Positions 26,341-39,900 of a stretch of DNA of 64,000 bases are shown in pieces. Under the pieces are notes generated by a model, which made no database searches, had not been told where the DNA came from, and saw only the letters and a list, made by a program, of their open reading frames with translations. Source of the stretch: Octopus sinensis (lineage: Eukaryota); contig NC_043003.1 of assembly GCF_006345805.1 (NCBI RefSeq), positions 84,506,001 through 84,570,000 of the forward strand, given 5' to 3'. The translations under genes were made by a program, and so were the position numbers. Numbering within the stretch: position 1 is the stretch's first letter; each line of letters opens with the position of its first letter.

Positions 26341-26707
26341 TAGATTTGAGCCTGCACTTGATGTGCATCTTACATCAAACGATATAATATTGATTCTTAA
26401 TACTGCTATAAGACCAGAAATTATGCATGATGGTCGATTAAAATACCACCTTTAGTGACGGAAACACTGCATATCAGAATTTCTAATTAAAATTTGGGTT
26501 GTTTTCCTTCCATTTTCTGACAATCATTCAGATCGTGATTATTTACATCATTAAAAATTAAATTTCAATTTATCAAAATTTCCTAGTTTATTACATCAAT
26601 CGTGGCTAGCTCTCCCACTTTACTATTAGGTTTTCATGCAGCTGGCAACCCTGTGTATATCATTCGTACGACAATTGTCCGACATTATCTCCAGTAACCA
26701 AAGAACT

Positions 26708-26749
<42 letters not shown>

Positions 26750-27414
26750 TTAAAAGCATTTATTGCTCAGGTTGTTTAAACAAAAATGAGCCTAGAGCAA
26801 TAACTCAAAATGGCTAGTGGCAAGTATTTCAATAACATGAACAATAGAAATAATCAAATTGTGCAATGGAACTAAATGCGCCACAGGAAGAAAAAAAAAC
26901 AGAAGAGAACCTAGCGTTTCGGGTTTGGTCCTTTATCAAAATATGAGAAAGACAAAACAGAAAACATGTACGATGTCGAATTTAAGACGTCTAATTACAT
27001 GTAAACAAACGTCTTAAATACGTTATCCTACATTGTATCTCTTTCTCTAGCCTCTCACAATTCTTTAAGGTAATTATATGCTCAGATTTCAAATCTCAAT
27101 AAATCTTTTTTCCACTTTTAATTATTCAGGAGTCGATAAAATAAATGCAAATATACAAACTTATATAAATGGCTAATCCATTCTGTTATATAAATTGGTC
27201 TTGTGCCAATTCAAAACAAAGTAATACTGCTTTCATCTATCTATTCGATAAATTGTTTATCACAATACTGAATGCAACAATAGTATCAGTAATGATGTAA
27301 TTCGTCGGACAGTCTACGGATTTTGCTGCTCAAAAGAAGAAAACGATTAAGTTCTTTTTTCATTTTAGCTTGAATAGAGAAATAAATAAATAAATAAAAT
27401 AAAGAAATGAAATA

Positions 27415-28210
27415 ACTTTGATACTGAACCATCAATTTTGAGGGGAAGGAAAGTCGATTACATCGACCCCAGTATTCAACTGGTGTTTTTATTTTATGGA
27501 CCTCGAAAGGATGAAAGTAAATTAGACCTCGGAGTCAGAACGTAAAACGCTGGAAGAAATTCCACAAAACATTTTGTCCAGAGCCGTAGCGTTTCTGCCA
27601 ACTCACTGCCTTAATAATAATAATAATAATAATAATAAATACAATAGATTTCCATATAAGGCCAGAAATTTTGAAGGAAGGGTAGGTATTAGTTAATATC
27701 TATTTCTTTACTACCCACAATGGGCTAAACACAGAAAGGACAAACAAGGACAGACAAACGGATTAAGTCGATTATATCAACCCCAGTGCATAACTGGTAC
27801 TTAATTTATCGACCGCGAAAGGATGAAAGGCAAAGTGGACCTCGGCGGAATTTGAACTCAGAACGTAACGGCAGACGAAATATAGCTACGCATTTCGCCC
27901 GGCGTGCTAACGTTTCTGCCAGCTCGCCGCCTTAATATCATTGTTAATATCATTGACTCAGTACATGACTGGTACTAGTATTTTAATGATTCCGAAAGGA
28001 TGAAAGGTAAGGTTAACTTCGGCGGGACTTGACATCAGAATGTAAGGAGCTAGATCAAATACTGCCAAACATTTTTTTTTCTTCTTTTTCGATACTCTTA
28101 ACAATGCTGCTAATCCACCGAATTCAAATCCCGTTGAGATCAATTTCACTTTTCGTGTTCTCGGTATTGATAAAATAAAATACCAATTAAATATTAACGC
28201 CGATGTTATC
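27415..28210. mobile_element. Cluster of SINE-B copies; 27698-27933 (minus) is full length
   Basis: Repeated cgaaaggatgaaagg..gacctcggcggaatttgaactcag; ttaatatc on both sides of the full copy. Confidence 0.85.
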
Positions 28211-28395
28211 AACTAAAAAACCCACTCCTAAGTGTATCGTAAATATCACGTCACGTTTTATATATAAGTAATGAAAAATTACAGACGTGAACTCTTTGCA
28301 AGAATCAACAAGGTAGGGCTCAATTTATTGAGCGATTAGATTAAAGTATTAATTTGAAAGAGACAAGTTCCACTCCTCGTCAAAGCCGACACATA

Positions 28396-28592
28396 TCTGT
28401 TTCTTTATTGCCCACAAGGGGCCAAACACAGAGGGGACAAACAAGGACAGACAAATGGATTAAGTCGATTACATCGACCCCAGTGCGTAACTGGTACTTA
28501 ATTTATCGACCCCGAAAGGATGAAAGGCAAAGTCGACCTCGGCGGAATTTGAACTCAAAACGCAACGACAGACACAATACCGCTAAGCATAT
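28396..28592 (-). mobile_element. SINE-B, 5'-truncated
   Basis: Tail tttctttattgcccacaagg through aataccgctaagcat. Confidence 0.88.
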
Positions 28593-28635
28593 ATCTAGAC
28601 ACAGACGACATATATAAGCCTTTATAGGCATGCGA

Positions 28636-28672
<37 letters not shown>

Positions 28673-28682
28673 CGTATTATAG

Positions 28683-28921
28683 TGTAATTCCGTGCCCAAA
28701 TCAAAGTTGGATAAGTAATTGTATAAATACATACAGATAAATAAAAAAGTTCAAGCTGATGAGATAACACTTGACAATAATCATGAATCCAATAAATAGA
28801 TTCATATGAGGACTTCCTTTGGATTATTGTGAACTGTCATCTCATCAGCTTGGACTTCTTAATTTATCTGTGTGTATTTATGCAATTACTTATCCGACTT
28901 TGATTTGGGCACGGAATTACA
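28683..28921. mobile_element. Inverted pair of 100-bp arms converging on hammerhead-like cores
   Basis: Arms 28683-28782 and 28822-28921; CTGATGA at 28756 (+) and 28842-28848 (-); TA/CA repeats outside. Confidence 0.8.
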
Positions 28922-28933
28922 TTATTATATGTG

Positions 28934-28995
<62 letters not shown>

Positions 28996-29023
28996 AGACA
29001 CAACAATATAGATATAGATATAT

Positions 29024-29240
29024 ATTTCTTTATTGCCCACAAGGGGCTAAACATAGAGGGGACAAACAAGGACAGACAAAGGGATTAAGTCGATTACATC
29101 GACCCCCCAGCGCGAAACTGGTACTTTATTGACTCCGAAAGGATGAAAGGCAAAGTCGACCTCAGCGGAATTTGAACTCAGAACGTAACGACAGACGAAA
29201 TACCGCTAAGCATTTCGCCTGGCGCGCTAACGTGTCTGCC
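29024..29240 (-). mobile_element. SINE-B
   Basis: Colinear with the 59983 copy. Confidence 0.9.
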
Positions 29241-29261
29241 TATACATATATAGATATCATT

Positions 29262-29478
29262 TATTTTATTTTGCTTTAGTCATTTGACTACGGCTATGCT
29301 GGATCATCGCCTTGAAGGGTTTTGGTCGAGCAAATTGACCCGAGGACTTATTGTTTGAAGCCTGGTACTTATTCTATCGGTCTCTTTTGGCGAACCGATA
29401 CGTTATGTGGACGTTAACACACCAACACCAGTAATGCAAGGACAAATACACACACACACATGTGCGTGTGTGTATATG

Positions 29479-29531
<53 letters not shown>

Positions 29532-29684
29532 GGCAGGCTTCTTTCAGTTTCTCTCTACCAAATCCACTTGCAAGGCTTTGGTCGGCCCGTGGCTACAGTA
29601 GAAGACACTTGCCTAAGATGCCATGCAGTAGGACTGAACCTGGTTAGAAAGCGAGCTTCTTACAACACAGCCACGCCAGCGCCT
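29262..29684 (-). mobile_element. SINE-A, full length
   Basis: Colinear with the 14580 copy, expanded internal (TA)n. Confidence 0.88.
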
Positions 29685-31696
29685 ATTTATATGTTTCTTC
29701 ATTTCCTTCAAATTGTTGATTATATTATTTTCTATGTGTTTATATGTTGCTGTCGTTATAGAGACACAAATTTTACTGACCTATCTGGATCAACAGTAGT
29801 CAAGAATAGACATATGGGTGGGGGTGATTCTTGCTCGTAAGCCTTCAGCATGAAAGAGATTTAATACACAATATTTAGTTGGTCGATATAATCAATCTTA
29901 GATTCATTAGATCATTAGGGACAAGAAAAAAGTACCATATTTATAAATTGTTAATGTGTGTTTTGTATGCATTGGTTTGTGCACTTCTGCACACCGATCG
30001 TGGAGGATTACAAAAGGATAACGGATATTAATTCAGTTTTAAATACACACACACACACGCGCACGCACACGCACACACACACACACACATACACACACAC
30101 ACCACAGGGGATAAAGTAATAAAACACGTTAAGTACAATAGCGCTTAAGAGGAGTGTGTTAATAAGCTGAAGAGACTAACTGTACTATACACAAACCCGG
30201 CGGGTATATGACCTTATTGTGATACATTTTTAGCTCCATTCATATTTGTAATATAAACAATAAAGAGTGAAGGAAGTAGAAAAATAGAGACAGACAGACA
30301 GACAGACAAACAGAGCCTAAATCATTTATGGAGCGTGACTGAAATTCGGGTTATTAGGCAGAGATTTAACTGATCTTAATTTCGGCAAACTTTTTCACCT
30401 GCCTTTGAGATGGCTAAGAGGTACTGGTAATAACCTCGTCTTTTGAAGCATTCGGTGATAAACAGTCTACCAATACAACTGATTCATAGAAATACCAGTA
30501 TACTTCTAATTTCATCCGTGAAAGACTTGAATTTTCTTTTTAAACCAGTAATGCACAAAAAAAAAAAAAAATACACATCAGTCATAAAATTGTCTCAAAT
30601 GTTCACATCAGTGAGCTGTATTTCTCCATAGTTCATATTTACAACTAGGAGAACTGAACCCAAACAACTTAATTATGTCTTTAACAAGGGAAAATATGAG
30701 TGATGATGATAGGATATGAATCATTCATGCTAACAACTCTTGCTTCCTCTCCGTCCACGTACTTTTTTATGCAGGCGTCGACTTTCAGATGTTCAACTAA
30801 ACATCATACTATATTGATCTTACAAGTATCGGTGAGTCTACTCCTTCCTACATCCTTAAGAAAAAAAAAACTCTCTGGAAGACATACTGGCTCCAACAAA
30901 AGAATACTTACCATCGATTACTATATCACATTGATTATGTATAGTCTTTTCTTTATACTCATAGATTAGAAATATTTCACAAAGCAGAACAGTTCAGAAT
31001 CAATCACCAAAAGAGACAGCTAACGTCATCGACAATCAAGGGAGATATTTTAAGAAAAGTGTATTTTAATATCTTGCATTTATGAAAACACACACACACA
31101 GTAGATTGTTTCAGACTCATATTTCCTGAAATCTAGGTTTAAAGACTTGAGACTCCACCACTCCACTTGAACAATAACTTGTATAACTGATTTGTAAGAC
31201 GTCGTTTACCAATACTCACCAAATTCTCAGACGTGTTTTCTCCTTACGCTACATCTTCTAATGTTAATTTAGTGGTTTCTTCATCTCCGATCTTGCTGAT
31301 TTCGGACTACCTCCACACCTATCCACCTGTCTCCATCCCCTCTTCAATCCTGTTGTATCCATCATCCCAAAGAATTGTACTAACTACTACGTTAAGTCCT
31401 CCTTCACCAAAATGTTAATCCTCTAGAATTTTCCGTTCATGTTTTTTCCTAAAGCCGTCAAACTTGCAATTATTTAAAAAAAGAACATTTTCTCCAAACT
31501 GCCTAGTCTTGGAGGATATGCAAAGGAAATGGCATAGCACCTTTCTCCAGACTCACTTTCGAATCGTTAGTTAAAACCTCGTTTCTTCCAACATAGTATC
31601 ACTTCTGAGAATGTCATACGTTCATATCTTCAAATACAGTTATTCCTTTTAATAAAAATATAACAAGTTTCATATTTAACGTTTAGATATGCATCG

Positions 31697-32017
31697 GGCA
31701 CTCCGTTGGTTACGACGACGAGTGTTCCAGTTGATCAGATCAATAGGACAGCCTGTTCGTAAAATTAACGTGCATGCGGCTGAGCATTCCACAGACACGA
31801 GTACTTTTAACACAGTTTTCAGGGATATTCAGCATGACACAGAATGTGACAAGGCTGGCCCTTTGAAATACAGTTGCTACATATTTTCACCAACTGAATG
31901 TACTGGAGCAACGTAAAATAAAGTGTCTTACTCAAGGACACACCACACCACCATGTATCGAACTCGCGACCAAACAATCTTGAACCAAATATCCTAATCA
32001 CTTAGCCATACGCCCCC
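31697..32017 (-). mobile_element. SINE-C, tail type ii
   Basis: ggcactccgttggttacgacgacga..aattaacgtgca tail; tRNA head at 31950-32017. Confidence 0.82.
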
Positions 32018-33153
32018 ACCAGAAATGTATCTATTTCTAGTAGAATGTCTGGCAAGTAGAAATTTTTTTTAAAAATGCATTAACGATGAAGCGGAGGACA
32101 ATTGTAACACTTCCGAGAAAAAACATTAAGCTCACAATTTCACATCCCACAATTCCTTTTAAAATAAAATAAAATAAAACATGATTATTGTTAAGAATTT
32201 ATCTTTTTTTAAATGAGTGTCTGTGAAGGAAGTATTTCCGAAATTCTCAGAAAGAAACTCTAAATATAAGGTCGGAGACAGGGGTGATTTTTTAGGATCA
32301 CCATTGAAATGGTCATCCATGTGTTAATATCATCTCTTCTTTGTCATTATATTAATATTAGGTTATTTAAGCCACTCCAGTAGCAGAAAGTTTCTTTTGC
32401 AATTTAGCAGAAGCCAAAGCAATCGCAAGTTGAAAAGATTCTGATTAAGCGGCTAATTAAGTTAATTAGACTGAGATAATTAGCATCTGTGAAAATACAC
32501 ACTCACTACCAACAACAGATGAGCTAACACAGGAGATTCTACGTGCAAGAAATCGTAGCGAAATTCTTTGAAATTTCACTGTAACGTCTCAGTAATGGGA
32601 CACAATGTTCGGTGTAGAGTCTTTGGTCACGAGGCTGGAATGCCTTAACTCGTATGTGCATGAGCAATCAAAGCAGAGTTAGTAATACGTTATGTCTGAA
32701 ATATATACTGGGATGTTCCCGGTTGGAATGGCTTTCGGCATAGATTTGTCAAATCAGAGTTGACTTGCGTCTAAACAATGACAATAGCATACATACGCAC
32801 ACAAAAGATATTTGCCAACAAGGTCATTGTATCAAACTTCCAGTGAAGCTTTCAACACATCTCTAAGTGATGTGTTAACCAAGTATAATACTAAGTCAAT
32901 ATACAGATAGTAGAAAGCAGAAATACAGCACTAACCGAGAAAAACGAAACCAACGTGTCTTTTTTGTAATTATAAATTTAAAATATAATAAAATATAGTT
33001 ACTTTCATTGCTTTCACTATCGAACGTTCTAGAGCCGATTTTCTATTGGTGACCCAATGTCAATCTGCGAAATCATAAATTTTTAAATACACCGGTCTTC
33101 ATCTTGCTCTACATTTCCACCATCTCTCCCACTGTATGTGTGCGTGTGTGAGC

Positions 33154-33185
<32 letters not shown>

Positions 33186-33292
33186 AAGGTTGGGATAAAA
33201 TTTAAGCATCTATATTTGGCTAACTCTGACCTGTTGCTCATACATCATTGGCCTGTCAGAAAATGAAAATGAAGCTCAATCGATACAGTAAC

Positions 33293-33331
<39 letters not shown>

Positions 33332-33708
33332 ATACATATAAATGGATATTTGGACGCGTGTATATCTCTTGTATATCTAAGTTTCTGTCCAACTACAGAA
33401 GCAGCAGGATACACAATTATATTCCCATACACACGTATACGCATTATGCATTGCGCGCGCGCGCGTGTGCGTGCGTGTGTGTGTGAATGTAATTAGCAAT
33501 GTATGAATGTTTATATTCTTTACTTTCAAAATCCACTAATTGAGTAGTTTGAAGCTCGAGAGACATTTCACAGACGTCTATAATTACCCACCACCCACAC
33601 GAACCAATCATAGTCTATGAGTCGCTTGAAACAGCGGTTAAATCTCACTCAGATCACACCCTGCAGACTTCAAAACAAAGGGTAAGATACATTGGATAAT
33701 GCAGTCAT

Positions 33709-33856
33709 GGCGCAGGCGTGGCTGTGTGGTAAGAAGCTTGCTTCCCAATCATATGATTCTGGGTTCATTGCCACTGCGTGTCACCTTGGGAAAGTGTCTT
33801 ATATAGCCTCGGGTCGGCCAAAGCCCTGAGTGAATCTGATCGAAGAAAACTGAAAG

Positions 33857-33935
<79 letters not shown>

Positions 33936-34145
33936 ACGCCCACCATCGCTTGACAACTGGTGTTGGTGTGTTTACATCCCCGTAAGTTAGCTGTTCGGCA
34001 AAAGGACTGATAAAGTACTAGGCTGAAAAAATTTTAATCCCGGGATACTAAAATAAAAACCCTTTTTAGATTGACTAAAAAACCCTTCAAGACGGTGCCC
34101 CAGCATGGCTGCAGTCAAATGACTGAAGGAAGTAAAAGATAAAAG
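33709..34145 (+). mobile_element. SINE-A inserted into a family-D repeat
   Basis: ggcgcaggcgtggctgtgtggtaag head; D sequence on both sides (33620-33708, 34146-34190). Confidence 0.88.
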
Positions 34146-36814
34146 GAAAGATGGTCGAGGCTAGAGTGTCTTTGATCATCGTAGGTCAGAACGGAACACA
34201 TGTATGGATACCTTGGTTAATAAATTTCGGGATAGACTACATTCGAAAAAAAAAAGAGAAAAGGAAAAGACAAGTGACGGTATGATATCCTATTATATCT
34301 GAGACGTCTTATACAGAAGGTCTCTTCAATCAGAATCTTGAGCAATAACAGTACATCTCTTACTTGTAATGCTAACCCACTTTGAAGTGTTCTTCATTCA
34401 TTGTATAAATAAATATAACGCACCCTTGGAGTTCACATGTATGCGTACGTCTTTTACTATCACTATTAATTCAAAAGTACGCTGGACAGTTATTCAATTG
34501 ATTTAAAACCAAAGCGAAACAAGTGTAGGACTAGCAACAACAACTACTACTACTGCTGCTGCAACAACAACAGCAATAGCTGTACTTGTGGTATTGATAA
34601 ATCTTAGTTTGGCAACATGACATGGCAAACAAAATATATGGATATAGGCATATCTAGGTTTATGTATGATAAATAAATATAAATATATCGATGTTTACTC
34701 GAAAGCCGTCACTTAACTTTTCTTCCATCGTGTTAAAGCAATTAAACTTTCTACTATTACTGCTACTACTACAAGATTCGTGGTAGCTCTTCCTATCCCA
34801 TTTTCTCGAAAAAATACAAAGACTGGCAGTTCTACGCACATGCATACACACACATACAGCTGCTGTTATCATTTGTATGTTTCTCTGCTGAAGATTATCA
34901 TCATCGAAAGTCTGAGAAACTGCCCGAAAACGTAGAATTTTTCACTTTAAGAAACAAATATTCCTGTAACGTGGAATTTTTCAGAAATGTAATTCTTCCA
35001 CAAACGTGAGGCATACCAATATTAGAATAATAGTCCAGTATTACACACACACACACACACACTTATATATAAACAATATATATATATATATAAAACGTAA
35101 TCAGTATTGTAAGCGTTATAAAACGCACACGTATTTCAGTAAACTGATTGACCTTATTATGCAATGCAATTGACCAGATAGTGCATTACAGTCAACTCAC
35201 TTCTCTGGAATTCTCTTCGAAAAATACAAAGCTTAGTGTGATGCGTGCACTAATATATTCCAGCTCTGCAAATTATGTCCAGTGCCACTGGTATGGCAGA
35301 ATAGAAGGTGAAAGAGTGTGAAGTAGTCGGGTGGTGTTAATAAAAGACAGATGGTGGGTGAGAGGAGGGTAGAGGTGGCTACGCCTCCTTTCCTTATATA
35401 TTTGCTGAAAGACAAGGTAGATGTGTCTGTGTACGACTATGTGTCTGTGCACACACGTGGATACATCGGAGCACGTCTGTGCGTATGCATGCGAATGACT
35501 GTACGAGTGGATCCAGAGTAGATCACACACGTGCGGGAAGATGTGTGTGCGTGGATATGTGTAGGGAATGTGCGATAGACAGTCCGCTGCTGCGCTGGAA
35601 TAACAAATCTGCTTATAAACCTACCATCTCAGGCAAACATCTTCCGAAGCAGAAGATATTTCAACCTCCCGGTAATGTTGTAAAACATGAATGTAAATCT
35701 GAATATTAGAAAGCCTGGCTGTGAGTGTAATAAGAATGTAATCAGATTTTTCTAAGCTACTGAAGAGAGCCTCCTGTCAGGCGGTTTCACAGTTTGTTGA
35801 TAGTTCCTTAGAGAAGGCGTACCAAACCCCCTTGCACAATCAAAATCATAAAGAAACTTATGTAAAGCAGTCCAAGATTTGGATAGCACATTAGTGGATA
35901 GCCTAATTTACATATTTGTGTCTTCGATGACTCCTCATTAATTAAACAATATCTATTTAATGAACTACATAACGTAAATCAGAAGAGCTGGAATGAATGT
36001 AAGTATTAACAAAGCTTGCTGTGGGTATAAGTGTATATACACACTCTTTCAGTGTGTATATGCTGCTGATGTACAGAGAAAACTGAGGAGTTATGGCTGC
36101 CTTATATAGCAGCTGCCCTACGCTATTGATCGGGGAAAGAAACCGGGTACTTCTCCTTTGAAAAACGGTTAATACATCATGAGACGGGCTGTCACGAGAC
36201 TCCATATTTTTTTTCTTTTCTCGCACATAAATAAGACTGAGTGTGTATACACTCTTATCACAACCACAGTGAGGCTTTCTAACGCTTCAGTATGAAAGAG
36301 GGTTGCTGTAGATTCACTACACGGTTTAAGTGTATTATTATCTAATGTAAGCATGTATATTTATTTACAACTTCTCCCTGTCGCTCTCATGAGTGGTGGG
36401 ATGAGAGAAATTTATTGTGCGTATGTGTGCGTTATGTGTGTGCTAAAAATAAAACGAAAGTAAATAAATATGGATTTTTTTTTTATATATGGAAGGATTA
36501 TCAGATGAAAGCAAAGAGTGAGTATATTTATAACGAAGGTCCGATTAACGACAGATTAACATAATCGAATCAACCTTGCAGCAAAATAATTTTTGTCCGG
36601 AAATAATTTTTAAAACTTTATACTTTGTGAATGGTGAGAAGTATGTTAGAAATTAGGTTAGAATGTTATACAGGTCATTGGTAGAGATAGAGAGAGTGGA
36701 GGAAAAATAAGAGTGACAGAAAAAGAGGCAGAGAGGAAGAGAAAAAAAGTTGGTGAGAAAGAAAACTGGAACGAAAGAGAAAGCCAGTGAACGGTCAGAT
36801 TACAGCTCACACAC

Positions 36815-36857
<43 letters not shown>

Positions 36858-37330
36858 TATGTATAAAGGGAAATATTTAAGTGTGTTCTTAAATTTCACA
36901 ATTGCAAACAAAATTATAAAATCACAAAATGACTGAGAACTGAAAGTAGAGTCATCAAATAACAAAATCGATGTAATTAGACACTTGTTGGATTCCTTCC
37001 TTCTGAGAATAGGCTTTTGCGCCTGAAATATAAACATTTTTGCAAAGGGTTCCTTTATTTTCCTTTTCTGCCTCCTTACTACAATGCTTCAAGCGAACTA
37101 CAACTCTCTTATACACATGTATGTATGTATGTATTATGTATGTATGTATGTATGTATGCGCGATTGCAAACTAACAATAATCACACCTCGGATAATCCTC
37201 CTTGACTAGGGTACTGACTAAGGTTGACAGTGTCTTTAAAGTTTCGGCTTCGTGACTACTTGTAAAAATTTGTATTCTATTAAAGAATATTGGATAATAA
37301 TTCACTTTAATTTTAAAATTCTTTTGATAT

Positions 37331-37747
37331 TCTTTTACTCTTTTACTCTTTTACTTGTTTCAGTCATTTGACTGCGGCCATGCTGGAACACCGCCTTTAA
37401 TCGAGCAACTCGACCCCGGGACTTATTCTTTTTTTTGTAAGCCCAGTACTTATTCTATCGGTCTCTTTTGCCGAACCGCTAAGTAACGGGGACATAAACA
37501 CACCAGCATCGGTTGTCAAGCAATGCTAGGGGGACAAACACACTCACACAAACACACACACACGCATATATATATATACATATATACGACGGGCTTCTTT
37601 CAGTTTCCGTCTACCAAATCCACTCACAAGGCTTTGGTCGGCCCGAGGCTATAGTATAAGACACTTGCCCAAGGTGCCACGCAGTGAGACTGAACCCGGA
37701 ACCATGTGGTTGGTAAACAAGCTACTTACCACACAGCCACTCCTGTG

Positions 37748-37750
<3 letters not shown>
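37331..37750 (-). mobile_element. SINE-A, full length, young
   Basis: Close match to the 14580 copy including (cttttact)n tail. Confidence 0.93.
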
Positions 37751-37798
<48 letters not shown>

Positions 37799-37841
37799 CT
37801 TCACATGAAAACAAACATTAATATAATTATGTGTATGTATT

Positions 37842-37872
<31 letters not shown>

Positions 37873-38641
37873 GAGAGAGGGAGAAAGAGGGAGCTAGGGA
37901 AAGAAGTAGGCTTCCAAGGTACACCAAGCGGATGCACTAGAATATGTCAGCAGTGATGTTTCTGGTTCCTTCAGCGCGTTTCAAGACTGTCATCTTGAAA
38001 TTCCCTCACCCTGTTGACACAGCTGGTGTTGATGAAGACGCAGCTTGCATCCGAGGATATGTATGTATGTATGTATGTATGCATGTATGTATGTATGTAT
38101 GCATGTGTGTGTGTATGTATGTGTGTATATATGTGTGCATATACATAAGTATACTTAATTATATATAAATGTGCAAACCCCATCAGTTTTTCAGTCAAGT
38201 TTCCTGAAGATCCTGAAGAGTCCGATTCAACCAAAATGATATAATATAAATTATATATGTAAATGCATATTTACAGACAGACAGATAGATACATAGATAT
38301 ACAACAGGCTTCTCTCAGTTTCCGTCTACCAAATCCATTCACACGGCTTTGGTCGACCCAAGGCTATAGTAGAAGACACTGGCCAAAGGTGTCACTCATA
38401 GATATACACGTAAGTATATACATGTAAGTATATATGTATGCATATACACACGCACACACTTAATCAAATGTCTTCTTAAATTTCAGAAACAAAATCATAT
38501 CACAAAAATGACTGAATACTGAAAGTAGAGTCGTTATTTCTCATGTTATTAAAACGACTGTTACCAAAGTGTTTCGTCATCATACACTTTTCAAACCGGA
38601 AGGATCTGTGAGCGAGCGAGCGAGTGAGAGAGAGAGGGGGG

Positions 38642-38679
<38 letters not shown>

Positions 38680-38855
38680 GGGTGAGAGAGAGACTAGCAC
38701 GGGTGGGAAAGTGAAGGCGGGTGAGGGAGATCGAGGAGAGAGAATGAGGAAAAAATAAGGAGAACAGGTAGCAGCACACCTGTGAAGTCCTTTCGCAAGG
38801 TGATATTAGATGGGAGTGCCACACTCACACTGTTTCTTCTAGTTCTTCAGTGAAG

Positions 38856-38899
<44 letters not shown>

Positions 38900-38919
38900 G
38901 TTTCAAAGTTTCACATAGA

Positions 38920-39140
38920 ACAAAATCCCGATAAAGATAGCGACTATCAGATCTTAGCGCGTTTCGTCAAACTCTCGTATCATTTAAAGCCCCGTAATTA
39001 GACAATTTCCTCTCAAGAGGTTTATGTAACTTTGCCTGAAGTTAACGCTGAAGCACTTAAAAGATATCTAGACGCATTTTTCTCCAACATAGCAGATCAG
39101 CTACCTGTAAAATGTCACAACCAGAGTAGAAGAGCCCCCA
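38920..39140 (+). mobile_element. CR1-like LINE extreme 3' coding remnant
   Basis: VSFKAP*LDNFLSRGLCN/LPEVNAEALKRYLDAFFSNIADQLP..RRA. Confidence 0.6.
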
Positions 39141-39352
39141 CCACCACCACTTCGGCATGCCACCAGTGAGAGGTATCATGTAAAGTACATTGATATACAA
39201 AAGAATGAAGAAATAAATACATCAAATAAATACATCAGATACACAGAGAGACGACACTAAATACACAGCACGTTCAACTATGTATGCAATGCTCCATCAC
39301 TGAGTACAATGTACTCGCAAAAACAAAGTGAAGAGCACACACATATTATATA

Positions 39353-39384
<32 letters not shown>

Positions 39385-39502
39385 TACAGTGAGAGAAAGG
39401 GAGATGTAAGAAAAGGTAAGCAAATAAATAGATACCTAGATAGACAGTCAGGCAGACAGACAGATATGGTTACATAAGTTATTCTACAGTAAATGATATA
39501 TT

Positions 39503-39900
39503 CTTTCTATTCTAGGTACAAGGCCCGAAATTTTGAGGGAGGGGGGCAGTCGATGACATCGACCCAGTACGCAACTGGTACTTACTTAATCGACCCCGAA
39601 AGGAAGAAAGGCAAAGTCGACCTCGGCGGAATTTGAACTCAGAACGTAACGGCAGACGACATACCTATTATTTCTTTACTACCCTCAAGGGGCTAAACAC
39701 AGAAGGGACAAACAAGGACAGACGAACGGATTAAGTCGATTACATCGTCCCCAGTGCGTAACTGGTACTTATTTAATCGACCCCGAAAGGATGGAAGGCA
39801 AAGTCGACCTCGGCGGAATTTGAACTCAGAACGTAGCGGAAGACGAAATACCGCTAAGCATTTCGCCCGAGATGCTAACGATTCTGCCAGCCTCCAAATT
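39503..39900 (-). mobile_element. SINE-B dimer with 18-bp TSD
   Basis: TSD tacagtaaatgatatatt at 39485-39502 and 39901-39918; junction atacctattatttct at 39661. Confidence 0.92.

Noticed and set aside
30400-31620. Possible host exon or LINE fragment
   Set aside because: No sustained frame or motif I could identify
34880-34920. ctgaaga...gaaagtc hammerhead-like string
   Set aside because: No stem III and no convincing stem II
35406-35425. miR-71-like tgaaagacaaggtag
   Set aside because: Match breaks after the 5' half, no good star arm, no same-strand miR-2 cluster seen
38950-38985. Minus-strand gaaacgcgcta as a hammerhead half
   Set aside because: No CUGANGA, and it lies within a + strand CR1-like coding remnant
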